A stretch of DNA of 64,000 nucleotides, from contig JBLDXI010000011.1 in assembly GCA_047495785.1 (NCBI GenBank), forward strand, positions 930,001 to 994,000, read 5' to 3'. The position numbers and the translations under genes were made by a program. The notes below the pieces were generated by a model. The model was not told where the DNA came from, did no database searches, and saw only the letters and a list, made by a program, of their open reading frames with translations. Shown here piece after piece: positions 1-13,077 of this stretch; position 1 is the stretch's first letter; each line of letters begins with the position of its first letter. The stretch is from Lepidodermella squamata (taxonomy: Eukaryota > Animalia > Gastrotricha).

Positions 1-168
1 AAGCGAGTAGTGCGAGTTGGTCGATCGACTTCGTCGCGCAGTTCGAGTGCATCTTCCGTCTCGACGAGCAGCACTGGCAGAAAACGAGGGAGGCCAAGAA
101 AGTCATCCTTTAGCTCTAGAAGCTCGTCATTAAACTCTTCCGAAAAAGAACATGGTTCGAACAATTGA
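1..168 (+). CDS. 3' end of a Ser-rich reading frame with an AT-hook motif (partial)
   Basis: Frame 1 is open from base 1 to TGA 166-168 and encodes GRKRGRPRK (RKRGRPRK at 79-102); AATAAA follows at 169-174. Start lies outside the window. Confidence 0.4.
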   Translation, partial: KRVVRVGRSTSSRSSSASSVSTSSTGRKRGRPRKSSFSSRSSSLNSSEKEHGSNN

Positions 169-344
169 AATAAACCAAAATCTGGGGTAAATTGCGATGT
201 TAGGTAGACACGTGTTGTTGATTTGAAAATTACTTAAAGTTTATGAAGTTGATTGTTTTAATGACGCTTTAAAATGAATAATTTGATGAAATATCAATAA
301 ATACTTGAAATCTACTTGGAGTATGAGGAGTAATTTTTGCGTTC

Positions 345-400
345 GAAAACTACCGAAAAACTACCGAAAAACTACCGCATAAACTACCGAAAAACTACCG
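345..400. repeat. Short tandem array of (A)AAAACTACCG
   Basis: About 5 consecutive 11-12 bp units. Confidence 0.7.
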
Positions 401-1877
401 CAGGAATCGGCACTGTGAGAGATTTTTTGAATTTTTTCCTTTGGAAAGCGTGATCTCTACAAATAAGCTGATCCACTGAAAAAATACGCTGAACATGGCG
501 CATCTCATGGAGGCGAAATAACAAAATTAGCTAGTAGTAGGAATCGATGATCGGTAATCGATAATCAGTGATTTCTTCGGGAATGAATGAGTATAAAGTG
601 ATTTTGACTCGAGATTTGAGTTCTACCGGTGTTATTCGGTCTTGGTGGATTTTTTAGAAGCACAGGTCTCGTGCAAAAAAATCGCAAAAAAGCAACACAC
701 CCGCCTGCTCACATATGAGTATACGGCGATATCCTTCAAATTTGGTACTACTCATATGCGAGTATATGGCTATATTCTGCAAATTCAAGAATACTCACCT
801 ATGAGTATATAGCCGTTAAAGTGGTAAGGGTAATTTCATGCTTGTGCAAAAATGGCATTCCCGTTTCCTGTCTCTGAGCAACTTCAATCCATCAGCGCTC
901 AAGAAAAACGTGCAATGAACGATTGATCATCATCTTCGACTTCTTTACCTTGGTCTCTGCCATGTCTCTGGCATTGACAAGCTCTCTTCGCAACAAAGGA
1001 AAAAGATTGAGAAGCCACGCTGTCGTAATTTTTTTTATTTACTTTCTATGGTCAATGCGCCGAAGTAAAATGTGTACCTTTTCTGTTGTTTTATTAATAC
1101 AACGCTCTTTTATTAGGAGAAGAAGTGGCATTGAAAAATTGTTATAATTAAAAATAATAATTATGATTCCTTGTCATAAAAATCCCGTCAACATGACATT
1201 TTTCTCACCTAAACATGTCATGTTAATTGTTGATTGTAAAGTTGTATTGTCTTTAAGCTTAGCTGTTGTGTAAACTGCAATGTTTCGCTCCATTTTAGCT
1301 TCAACTATTAACTCAGTTCTGTCTGACACTGTTTTGAGTGCGGTGAGTCCGAAACCTTTCTTTTTCTTTCATGTCAGTTACAGTTGCAAAGTTGCAAGGC
1401 TGACCGATGAGGCGGACTGATTGTGTAGATCTTCGACTACTGCAACGTCTGGTAAGAGCTTGATGCCCGTCTTCAGAGCAGTGCCCTTCAAAGATGTCTC
1501 CACTTTGGCTTTAGCCAAAGTTTGACATGACATTGTCTTGTGTTTCATTATTTCGTAGCTCGTTTTGCAAATAGACCAATTAATTGATACAGTCAGCCCC
1601 CGCTATAACGCAACTTGTTATAACTATAAGTTTTGTTGGCGCGCAACATTTTCGGCTATTTGAGATTTTTGAATCTCAAATTAGGCAGCCTTTTTCAGTT
1701 GATCGCTGCTCACTTTTTGCAGTATACAGATTATTACTTTAATCAAGTGATTTCTTCGCGACCCAAAAAGCAAAAAATCGCGATGAGCTCGGAACACATA
1801 AAAATACTAGCGTGTCAGATCTACTGTATTTATTGCACATTTTCCGGCTCGCCGGTGTTTCCTCCGCGCGCGCGCTC

Positions 1878-4800
1878 CCCGAACTGAAATTTTTGGGTAA
1901 AATGTTTGAAGTCAAGCCGTGTAAATTCAAATAATTGCGGGTTTTCGGAACTAAACGGATGTAAGTGGTCGAAATTTCGTTGATGTAAGTAAATGTAAGG
2001 CCTCTTTTGGCGATGTATTTTGTTGTAAGACTCGAACATGGCGGATGTCTTCTGAAGGAAGCTGTTTTTTCGCGAAGTAATTGGATGCGAGCAGGAACAA
2101 TCAGCTGCAAAACGGCTTATTTTTATTTACTTTACCTAAAATGGTGATGGAAATTGATGTAAAGCTGGAAATTCGCTGTTGTAAACCGATATCAGCGTCT
2201 TCACTCGGACGAAACTCCGGACCGGCCTCCCCAAGAAGGCTTCCATTTGTTTATTTCATTAAAATAGCCGGAGTAAAGCGATGTAATGTGTTCCAGTAGC
2301 CAACTTTGGTGTTACATTCGAAAACATCGACACCGGTATCGGTATTGACTGCGCGTATTTCAAAGTACGCAAAATTCGAAAATTATGGAAAAATCGAAGA
2401 TTTTATTAAGGAGGTAAATGTATTCGCAAGTATGCAGAGATCTGTGATTTTGGGCGATGTAACCCGACGGAAGACGTTAAAAACGCGAAATTCGATAAAA
2501 ATTGAAAAATTGAAAAAAACAAATGACCGATGTTGCGTCATCTGTTTTTCCTTAAGACATGCGATTGTCTTGAAAGCACGAAAGCCGCGCACGAAGCAAA
2601 AAAACCCAATAAACGTGTCATTTTCACTAATTTAATTCTCGTTTAAACTAGAGAGCAGCCAAATTCCCGAGTTGGCGAGGTTTTCAGGATTTTTCGGCAG
2701 AATTTACAGCTGGTTGAAATTAAATTCACTCGGGAATTGACGGAATTGTTGGCCTAATTATTTCATCAATTTTCGTCGATTTCGGCAATCTTATTCAGGT
2801 AATTTTGACCATTTAGAGGTAATTTTGGCAAGTTTTGAGGCCGATTTTGAAAATATATTTTCTAGATTTTACTAAGCAGCACCCCATTCGCTCAGACCTT
2901 CGAAATTATTGGCACTTTCTTTAATTTAAAATTACTTGTTAAATTTTCTAATTTTTTCTTAAAACTTTGGTTGTTCGTTTCGCTTTTACTTGCGAACTTA
3001 CAGCAGTAATTTTCATGGATTTTAAAATTTCAAAATTTATTAAAGTTGAGCTTAAATTTTACCAGCCGAATGTTTAAAAAAATGGCGTTCCCCTCGAAAA
3101 CTGAATTTTAAGCGAAGATTTTTTAACCGAAGGAGTCCGGGACAGTGAAAAGCGTGCGCTTAGCTAAAAATTGTTTGGCGATAATTTCATCGAAATTTAT
3201 GAGCCGCCGTTCTAAAATTTGTGAATTGAGTGATAGATTTTTCGAAATTTCGATATTCTTAAAAACTTCACCAGAATCATTCTGAATGCATGATAATTCT
3301 TCAGTTTAAAATGCCTTATTTTGAAAAATGCTAGGTTTCATTTCAGATTGACAATTTAGATATAATTTTTAAAAATTGTATCCAAATTGTCGTGATTTCG
3401 TGAGTATTTAAAAAATTTGAATGGTTGATTTTGAAATTATTTTATAAATAAACAGTCTGCGACGACGGAATTTTCAAAATTATTAGAATGTAATTCGCGG
3501 CAGCGTAAATTTTATGCTGCAGATTTTAACGCTCGATTGATTGTCTTAAATAGCGAGTTCGTTTTGTCTTTACTCACCCGCCACACGCGAGGATTATGCA
3601 ACAACTACTTGGCACTGTTTATTGCATCGTGTTTTCGTTGCACATAAAACATAACACCACGCATAACACTATTGCTGCCACGTGCATTCCGCCCTATAAA
3701 AATTCATTTTCTAGCGTTCAAAATTGCACTTCAACCGTTTTTATAATTTTTAGTTTCTCTCGACTAATGCTATTTCCCTCTTGTGCGATCGAAGATTGCG
3801 GAAGAAGCTGGTGAGCCGCGTTTGTATTTTAAGAATTATTTTAAAAATAAATTTATTTAAAATATTTTCTTCAGGTGATGGTGGAATCGATACGATAGTC
3901 AAGTCAAATTTCAATTTCGCAAATTTGAAATCGTGAGTTATTTTTCGACTGAATATCCCTCCCATATTTTCAAAATTTCAAAATTTCAAAAATATCAAAA
4001 TGCAAAATAGAATGATTTTGGCCCTTGAAATAAAAATTTTCACGCGGCTTTAAGGCGGCTTTTTTTATTTGCACAGCCTATTATGATTTTGCTTTAATAC
4101 TTGATTCTCGTGTCATTTTTCAGGAAATGCGACATTCGATTAGACTCGCCATCGCGATGTGGGATTTTCTATATATTTGTAAGGTTGACGATTTTGTATT
4201 CATTAAACTAATTTTCGCTGTTTTTTTACAGTTGATGGTTGCTATGGTCATCGTTATCGGTGCCCGGTGACTCTTCGCCTGTGACAAGAGCAGACGCCGA
4301 GAGTTCGGCTGAATTTCGTGAATTGAATTTCGAATCACGCAACGACTCGATTTCGGAATTCGTGAGTTTATTTTTATTTCGTTAGAAATTTGTAGCGAAA
4401 TTTGCCAAAATTCTCGATTATTTTTATAATTTTTTCTGAAAATCCTATGGAATTAAACTGTTAAAATGCGCTAATTATGTTATCAAATTCGCCGTTAATT
4501 CTTGTCTGTTTTTATCAGGGGATGCGACCGAACACGTTTTGATGCTTGTTCTCGTGACCTACTTCAAACCTCAAAAGGTAAAACTGAATTCGGTCTCGTT
4601 CGACCTAGCTGAATTTTGCTATTTCACAGAATTGCTGGACTCGTGGCCCTTGGCTCTTGGCGACTGGCACAGCTCTACTGCTCGGCTCGGCGAGTACGCG
4701 CGACTCAAAGCGTTCAATTTGGCGGCGGGCGATCAGTTATTCTCGGCCGAATTCAACCTGATTTCCTGCTGGCGGACATGCCCAAAAAATTGAGAATTTT

Positions 4801-5729
4801 AACCTTTATTTGATACCTGTGATTTCCTAAATTCGCAATTTTGCCAGAATTTATGCTATTTTTGAAATTTACCTCGATACCTTGTTTTGGTGCAATTTGT
4901 GGTACTCAGCTAAAAACTTACGAAAAATTCTCGAAAAATACCTGTTTTCCCGGTAATTTCGTAACTTAGCTTCTGACAACCTTTTGCGACAAAACTGATG
5001 TAAATTAATGTAAAGGCCTTGTCCTTGTGCGATTTCTTACTTCCGCTTACTTACTTCCGTCTACACCGCGAATTTCGTGATTTAAACTGATGTCAGCCGA
5101 AAAACTGGAAATTATCCCTCGAGTTCGATAGCTCGGCACCTTACTTCTGTTTGCGTCGCTTTTGGCGATGTCGGCCGATGTAAGGTGTCTAGATGGCGGA
5201 CTTGGGTGGAAATTCCCATTTTTTTTGGCTTACTTCAGTTTACGTCCGTCTTTTGCGATGTAGACAAGGGTAACATTTCTTGTGACTGCATGACTGTTAC
5301 TGCTGTCTTTCGGATGGCTGTCATTGGTTTACTTCGGCTGTTTTCCCCGGTGTAGATCGATGTAGGGTGCGAAACCCGAGTAATTTCTCCCAAGTCCGAC
5401 TTGTAATGCCGACTTCGGATTACTTCGCTCAAAAACAAGCGATGTAGCTCGAGGTCGGTGTTTCAAGCCGGCCTTGGGAGAAATTACTCGGGTTTCGCAC
5501 CCTACATCGATCTACACCGGGGAAAACAGCCGAAGTAAACCAATGGCAGCGATCCGGAGCCCGGTTCCTGAGAAATTTTGCAATGTGGACTGAAGTACGA
5601 GAAAAGAATAAAAAGCAATGTAAACTGATGGCACCGGATGTCTTTTTTCCCTCGAAATACAGGCGTTTACATCAGGTCAAGTTTTACTTCACTTTACACG
5701 GCTTTACACCAGAAATATTTCAGTTCGGG
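1878..5729. mobile_element. Non-autonomous CMC (EnSpm/Mirage-like) DNA transposon, 3.85 kb, inserted in a GCAC-family MITE
   Basis: TIR CCCGAACTGAAAT at both ends; 2-bp TSD TC (1876-77, 5730-31), confirmed by the empty site GCGCTCCTATTGG in the related copy near 22410; subterminal GATGTAA/TTACATC repeats. Confidence 0.75.
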
Positions 5730-5897
5730 TCCTATTGGTTGGGGCTTATTGCGCTTATTGCGCAACATTTCAAGATAATTATAGCCTATCCCGCGCGCGC
5801 GCACTCGAACGCGCCCTGAGCCTTGAGACTAAAACCAAAAACACCGGCCATAAGAATTTAAAAAGTTGATTTAAGAGAAAGGATGCGATGGATTTTT

Positions 5898-6315
5898 TCA
5901 AATACGCTAATTCAAATAAGCTTTTTTGCTATCACACCTCCACGAAGAATAAAAAACGGAGACTTGTCAAATCGACCTTGCGAACTTTCGTAACTGCTCG
6001 CGCGTCCGAAGAACGAGATATAACTTGACCCCGCCGATTTTACGCACTCGCCACGGATGAGTCATGCCGCGCCACGCGCTTTTGTTCAGAGCCGCGCACG
6101 TCTGACAACTTCGGAGAGCGAACAAAAGGAACGTCTGACGAAATTCGCTGCACTTCGGAACTGATAAGTTACGCGCATGGGCTCCGAAGTTCGGATACAC
6201 CCGTCCGAACCGAAGCGCCGTCCGAAGTGTTTATAAATCCAGCATCCAGCATTACAGGTCTCCGTTTTTTATTCTTCGTGATAGCAAAAAAGCTTATTTG
6301 AATTAGCGTATTTGA
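5898..6315. mobile_element. MITE with ~39-bp terminal inverted repeats
   Basis: TCAAATACGCTAATTCAAATAAGCTTTTTTGCTATCAC and its reverse complement bound the segment; exact termini and TSD are ambiguous. Confidence 0.65.
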
Positions 6316-6432
6316 TCGGATAACTCCTGTGTGTGTGGACCTACTCTCTGTGTCATGGCCTCGGACATGAGCCACTGGCAAGATTGCCCGAGCCTTGAAT
6401 GTTTTTTTTTATCATTTATTTTTTACTGGCTG

Positions 6433-6650
6433 CACACAGTAGTTCAGTGGATAGCTGTCTGCTGTGCATTGAGCGCCAAGATCGATGGGCACGAGTTTGA
6501 TCCCCACCCGAGTCGGCCGTGATTCATTAATTCATTACCGACTGAAGATACCCCAACAAGCGACCCTAAGAGCGCTCATTCGGGACCCATGGCTTCGGCC
6601 AATTCATTCGACGAATGGGAAGTCTCAAAATGAATCCATTAACCTTTACC
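6433..6650 (+). mobile_element. tRNA-derived SINE
   Basis: A-box TAGTTCAGTGG (6440-6450), B-box-like GAGTTTGATCC (6493-6503), ACCTTT-type tail, 13-bp TSD TTTTTACTGGCTG (6420-6432, 6651-6663). Confidence 0.75.
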
Positions 6651-7287
6651 TTTTTACTGGCTGTTCAAGGACGAATAAAAATGTATCGTTTCCATTTCGT
6701 AAATAAGTGTTTTCGTGGGCTTTTTCCGAAAAGGTCAGCAATTTGAGAACCCACGACAGTTTTGCTCATATCGTTAGCGTCAGCCAGTCTCAGCTGCAAT
6801 GTTCAAGCCGGTAGTCACGTTATGCGTGGATTCTTTAGCAGCAATCGATTGCAACATCGACATTAACGAAGAAAAGAGCGATTATTTAGAAAATTGCTAC
6901 TGAGGTAGCTTTCTTAGGTTCATTATAAACTCCGATAAAGTTCAACACGCGGCATCTCACAACCTGATGTAAGCATACCATAAATCGCAATTCAACCTAG
7001 TTCAAAAAATATTATTGCAAGCAGCTTTTGTTTCCTTCGTGTCTCCCAACGTGACCGTTGGAAGCTGCCTAGTATGATTCTGATGCCAATCGAACTTCGC
7101 AGTGAGATAACGGCGGTTCCACTTTCACTGCTTCCATCGCTGCAGAGACTCAAGATAAGATCGAAGATGCTATCACCTCTCATTGGTTGATTGAGCCGCT
7201 CATCTTAATCACTGAATAGGGTAATGTGCCCTATTGTGTCAAAATTTTGCTTACTTTTTTGAGGCCCGATATCTCTTCGCCTGAGGG

Positions 7288-7753
7288 CAGAGACTTTGAT
7301 TTGATTTGATTTGATTGTGATTTGATTTGATTTAGGCCATTTTTTGATGATTTGATTTAGAAAATTTCAGGATGATTCGATTTGATTCAAATTTAGCCCA
7401 CTTGATTTACTGCTGATTTATAAAAATATGAACTCTCGGAATTCCCCCTGCTACTAAACATGAGAGCTTACATTTGCCTTGAAAACAACTGTTTTCCAAA
7501 GCCTGGAGCTATTCATCCCCTTTCATACTTCAAACAAAGCCGAGCTTGAAATTTGAAAGAACCCCCAGAAAGTTACCATGATACTCAAGTTTCCCTATGC
7601 GAAATGATTTGATTTGATTTGATTTAAACGGGCCTGATGATTTGATTTGATTGATTTACTGTCGATTTTTTTGGGGATTTGATTTGAGATGATTGATTTA
7701 CGGAAACCTGTGATTTACTGAATAAATCAAATCAAATCAAATCAAAGTCACTG
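7288..7753. mobile_element. hAT-like MITE with (GATTT)n subterminal arrays
   Basis: CAG...CTG termini, TIR CAG(A/T)GACTTTGATTTGATTTG, 8-bp TSD CCTGAGGG (7280-87, 7754-61). Confidence 0.85.
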
Positions 7754-9123
7754 CCTGAGGGGTTCCGGTCAGATTTTTTTTGACAGGGACCTTAGTTTTG
7801 ACAAGCCTTGGCTTCGAAAATCCGTCGAACAAATTCGGCTTCGATGTCTATTGTGAGTGTGGCAGCAGGTGATGTGACGCAAAAGATCGATTACGACAAA
7901 TTAGGCGCGGCGCTCATTTCGTCATAATATTTCGAGAAACGATCCTAACTGTCATAATGGGGTCTATAATGATTCTTTTGGCCTGCCGTCATAGGAGTAG
8001 GTAAAAACATACTTGAAAAATTTATCTTTCACATAATGAACTAAATTGAGAGATATGCCGAACGTTTTGAGCGTGGCCAATATGGGCGAATTCAGCCAAG
8101 ATTCCGCTATTGCTAATGCTTGAGGAAATGACGTCGCAGGAAAACGTGAAGACGCTTTGTTAAAGCAAGCTCGATTTATGATCAATTATCAACACCATTC
8201 CGAACGCAGATCTTCTGAAAAGCAAATGGCCGGAACAACAGTACTTTTATCATTGTCTATTGGACGAAGCTTTCCGTTCGAAGTTCTCAAAAGCTGTTGG
8301 TAAAAATAAGTTGGCAGTAGTGGCAGGTTATGCGTATTGCACGTCATGCCCGAGCTAGACCCAGAAATCGACTCGATCCTTAACAACTAAATTAACAGTC
8401 CGCCAAGGAAAAGATTTCGAGTTGCTTTCTCAGCGTCAGCTGTATCATCTGAGCAACATATGATAGCTCTTTTCTTCACGGTTGTCATTACGCCAGCAAA
8501 TTGGAGCATAAGTTCCTCATTTCCAGTAAAAACTGTCGCGAAAATTATTATTTCCCTTTTTCCAAAGCCCCGAACCCTAAACATATGGATTTTTACGTGG
8601 AAAAATTAGCAAATAAGCTGAAGAAAGTAAATTTCCCGCTCGGAAACGTTCGAAAATGCGGGAAAAGCTCTATATCGTATTAAACCTTCTGATTTTTAGC
8701 AAAACAGAAACCATTAGAGCACCATTTTTCATTTTATGAAGAGGAGATCGTGGGTTTTGGCGGGGAACATGTTCAAGAAATGAAATTTATCAAAGATTTC
8801 ATACCATGGGAAACTATCTCTTTCCGCGTAATTTGCGCAATGTGCGTAATGTTCCGCATTCTAATTATATTTGACGTCGCCGTTTTTCAAACCATGCCTG
8901 TTATCGCTTCTTCCTTTCGTTGCTTCGGCGTCGCCGATTAGAGCTTTCGAAATAATTTTAAACCACGGAAAATTGAGCGAATGGCAGCAATATGTAATGC
9001 TGCAAAATATCTTGGACACACTGCACATCAAGTCCGTCTTTTGCAACTAATATTTTATAGTTTATTATATTATAGTTTTCTCAGGATGAACAGTTCAGAT
9101 TAGGCTTGAGCTTGAGTGTCATG

Positions 9124-9453
9124 TTATGAATTAAAAGTGTTGAATAGCGTCGGAGTTTCATCCAGTGATCGTGAGAAAACGAAGGCTTCTCCAGTGGTTA
9201 TGTTGAATATGATAGCTCTTTTCTTCACGGTTGTCAGTGCAGCATTTGTGTCATTCCGGATCATCGAAGCAGAACTTGTTCCGACGTGATGCAGTATTAC
9301 CGGCGTAAACAATGCAGCGCGTTTCATGTTTGTTGCTGGTGACTCGCTCATCATGATGCTGCTAACATTATGAGCGAGTCTGGCATGGATACTCAAATCG
9401 CTGACCATGTCGAAAAATAGCCCACAATCACGGCAAATTACTTCCTCGTTCAT
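9124..9453 (-). CDS. Short ORF with one C2H2 zinc finger (possible gene or TE fragment)
   Basis: CRDCGLFFDMVSDLSIHARLAH fits C-x2-C-x12-H-x4-H with the conserved F and L; the rest is unrecognised. Confidence 0.4.
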   Translation of the reverse strand: MNEEVICRDCGLFFDMVSDLSIHARLAHNVSSIMMSESPATNMKRAALFTPVILHHVGTSSASMIRNDTNAALTTVKKRAIIFNITTGEAFVFSRSLDETPTLFNTFNS

Positions 9454-10988
9454 TCCAAGATAACATATAACGATATCTAGTAACTTGTAATCCTGAGTAC
9501 CGGAACGTTTGGTCTTTGTATAGCAAGCTAGCTATGAGCATTGCTAACAGCTGTTGTTGCCGTGTTTATTGTTTAGAAACAAAATTGTTGAATCTGGGTC
9601 CTCCATCGATAAATGTAGATCGGTCAGGTTAAAATCTCACAAGTCTCTCACACCTTATTGTAGGTTGCAATGAGCGCAAGACATTTCGCATCAAAACAGG
9701 TGAAAATAGATGCGTTGAAGGCTGTAGTACACTTCATTTAAGACAGGCACCAAGACTTGCAGACCTTTCGCCGCATCGGTCAGCCTTGAACAGATGACAT
9801 GAAACAAAAGTAATGGCTCCAGACTCGCCACTTGAAACTTGAAATAATGTGAGACAGAACTGTTTATATGTGAAGCAAAATAGGAGCCAAACATGATAGT
9901 TAAAGTTTGCTACATTTTACTAAACAGCAAGGCAGTATAACAATGAAATTTCTCAAACAACATGACATGTTTACTATGATCAATGCCATGCGTTGACGGT
10001 TCAATTTGAAACAAGGCCTCATTGTTACTTTTGATTATTCCTAAGAAAATGCGATGACATTTTTAATTTGTTAATCGGAGCCTATGGGGCTTTGTTCAAG
10101 GCATTGTCAATGAAGCATTATAATTGCATCAAAAGTAACTTCGGCGTATTCAACAAAAGCGCATTTCTGAATTACTCATTGTTTCACGCAGGTTCCCAGC
10201 ATCAATTGCGCAATAAGAGGGTAAAAGTGCGAACGCTAAGTCGAAATATGTTATAATTCCAGGACCGCTTCCGCTAATGTCATAATGCCAGCTTTGCTTA
10301 TTTAGACGATTTTTATACAAAATTCATACAATCCTAGCAAAAACTTTCAACAGCCGCAGCTTGAGCGCTGGAAAAACCAGGCAAATGTCAATGGGGCTTG
10401 GAAGTCGGCCGTGGCCAACAGACACAACACCATGTCCACATGAACACATCGTTCGCGCAGCCCAACGGCGGGCGGGTACATCTAAGCCGTGAACATGCCA
10501 CCCGCAATCGTAACTAGAATCTGCACCACCCCCTTCATGACGGGGCCCTGGAATGGGTTACCACCTCAACAACGACGTCGGCGACGATTATGGTGACTAC
10601 TTCGACATCGATAACTATGTATGGAAACCCCGGCGACTACAACCATCAGTGACCTTCAATCGTTACCATGTCAAGCCATGATCTTCCATTCCATTCAATC
10701 CCATCATACAGCCGCGGCCACGGCATGTCGAACGAGTGTTACTAACAACTAACAAGGCACTAAGTAAGAACAAGAACTGTATAATGCATTTAACACTTTA
10801 ACTGCCCAAATTACGGCAAAAGTACCGTTGCAACTAATTATTTCGTTATTCCGTATCGCCGGGACAAAAACGTTTCATGTTGTAAACTCGTGTAAATGGG
10901 GTTAAAACACGTCCGTGTATTTTCCTGTAAAGTGAGGGAAAAATGGAATCGAGTCCCATGAATTTACATGATCTATTGATTTAGCTCA

Positions 10989-11511
10989 GGGAGCATCCAT
11001 AAATAACGTCACGCTCCGAGGGGGGGGGGGAGGGGTCAGCTAAAGTGTGACATGAGACGGAGGGGGGTCTGACGTGGTGTGACAAGAGTTAATTCTTAAA
11101 AACGCCAAAACCGCATCCCATTTGTGAAACAACGCAAAGCGTACTATCTTACTCATCTGCATATTCTTATTATTTTAAAATGTTTTCTGCGTGTGAAATG
11201 AGGCAAGATGAGCGCACTAATGCCGGTTGAAGAACAGGTGTTGCGTCATTATGTGAGGTGTGCATTCGACACACGGAAAGTAAACAAAGAACAACTCAAT
11301 TCAATTGCTAATGCGTCTGATACTTGGATGATAGGTTTTTCCTGGTTAGGTGCGGAAGAGTATAAAAAATGTTACTATTTTTCACGAGAAAAGGGGTGAC
11401 TATAGGCTGTGACATCGGGGTAGAGGGGGGAGGGTCAGCTTTTGTGACATCAAGGGGGGGAGGGGTCGAAAAATCGCGATTTTGAGCGTGACGTTATTTA
11501 TGGATGCTCCC
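10989..11511. mobile_element. PIF/Harbinger-like MITE
   Basis: Perfect TIR GGGAGCATCCATAAATAACGTCACGCTC, 3-bp TSD TCA, G-rich subterminal tracts. Confidence 0.85.
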
Positions 11512-12631
11512 TCACATGAATTTACATTTGGACAATAATAGCCCGTCGTTCGCCCTGCGCTTCCACGGAATTAAACGGAGTTCTGAGTCTGTTTGATTTC
11601 GCCGGAAACGCTGGGAAAACTTGTCTTGACTAGCTTCTCTTAGCTGAATCGTCAAACTTAAGTTTCCAACGTCATTTCGCCGTTGTAAACTCATGTAAGA
11701 AGATTCAGCCAAGAAAAGCAAGACTAGACAAATTTTCCAGCGTTTCCGGCGAAACAACCACGGCTCAAAATTATTGCTTTTTTCACACAGACTGCGCGAA
11801 AATGGCACAAAAGTCGAGGAACATCGTGGAATTCCGTGTAACAGGCACAGGAAAACACATTTTTTCACGAAAAAATGAGAGAAAAATCGTGAAAACTGGT
11901 GCGATAAGCGCAAAAATGGCAGCATGAAAACAGCAAAGAGAAAACAGCAATTTCCACAGAAATGACGATTTTCACATCAACTTCATTTTTCATGAAAATA
12001 TCAAATTTCACAGATTTCGCGAAAAGACACGGTCTCCTATATTTGACTGACACTATTTTGCAAGCGAATGCTATATTTGCATGATATAACACGAGTGCAC
12101 TTCATTTTGGTTTTCTCTATTGTTAGTAATTTGCTTTTGCTTTTTGCTATTGCTCACCTCATGCAGCTCAGGCTTGTTTCAACAATAGGTAATTCGCAGT
12201 CAAACTCTAATTTCAAATGACATTTCAATGCGCATTAATTATTGTGCGTTTAAACGCATGTGAATAGGGGGTTTTGAGCTAGGTTTTGTTAGTGCTTAAT
12301 TTGACGCGTCTCATTCGCACGCTCATTGTCGCTGGGAAATTTATGCATACTCTAAATAAGCATGACCGAGCGTCATGGTGGCAAAAACGATTCCAACCTG
12401 ACGTTCCCGATTCAGATCGGAAGATCTCTGTGAGTTAACGTCTGCTGTCTCATGTTTCAGACGTTCACGTTTGCCTGAATTTGCACGTTTTATAACGTAA
12501 CATTCGACGTGAGCGGTAGCGGATACATTTTCACAGATAGGTCACGGATTTCAAAATCGTCGACAAATTAAAATCATCGCTTTTTATTGTGCTCATAAGA
12601 CGTTAGCAAAACTCATGCTTTGTAATATAAC

Positions 12632-13077
12632 TGTCGCAGTCTTATAAGCAATGTAGTTGGATTGGGAATCCAGCTAGTTTAAGGGGTATTTTTTTAAAAA
12701 TATAAGGCAATCAAATACATTTATTGCGCAAAACATTACCTCCCTGTAGAGATGCAAGGTTTTGAACAGCCATCTCAATCGATAGTGTCAAGCAGTGTTG
12801 GAAATGCATTTTCAATGTGGAAAATTAAATGTTGTTAAAGTGGGGTCATTGCACTCGCAGCGAACAGCGAGAGACAGAACAGCCTAGAAAACCACTCGCG
12901 GCCTTCTTCGGGGTTGAATTCTCAAAGCTTTCGGTGAATTGCATAAAAGTTTGACATTTGATCCAATGCTTGGCATATGATCCGTCATTAATTATTATAT
13001 GATATTAAACTAGTTTTTTGATCAAATTGGCCAAAAATAGTTCCTAATCTAAATAAATTTCTTATTAGACTACGACA
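12632..13077. mobile_element. Inverted-repeat element (TGTCG...CGACA), copy 1
   Basis: Imperfect ~30-bp TIRs; diverged direct copy at 47221-47676; no TSD seen. Confidence 0.6.

Noticed and set aside
1590-1640. TA|CAGTCAGCCCCCGCTATAACG Tc1-like end
   Set aside because: No matching second TIR found, so the element cannot be delimited.
6433-6520. Possible tRNA gene
   Set aside because: No convincing cloverleaf; tail and TSD indicate a SINE.
10380-10790. Possible non-LTR C-terminal CCHC knuckle and tail
   Set aside because: Motif is incomplete and degenerate; cannot be supported without a search.
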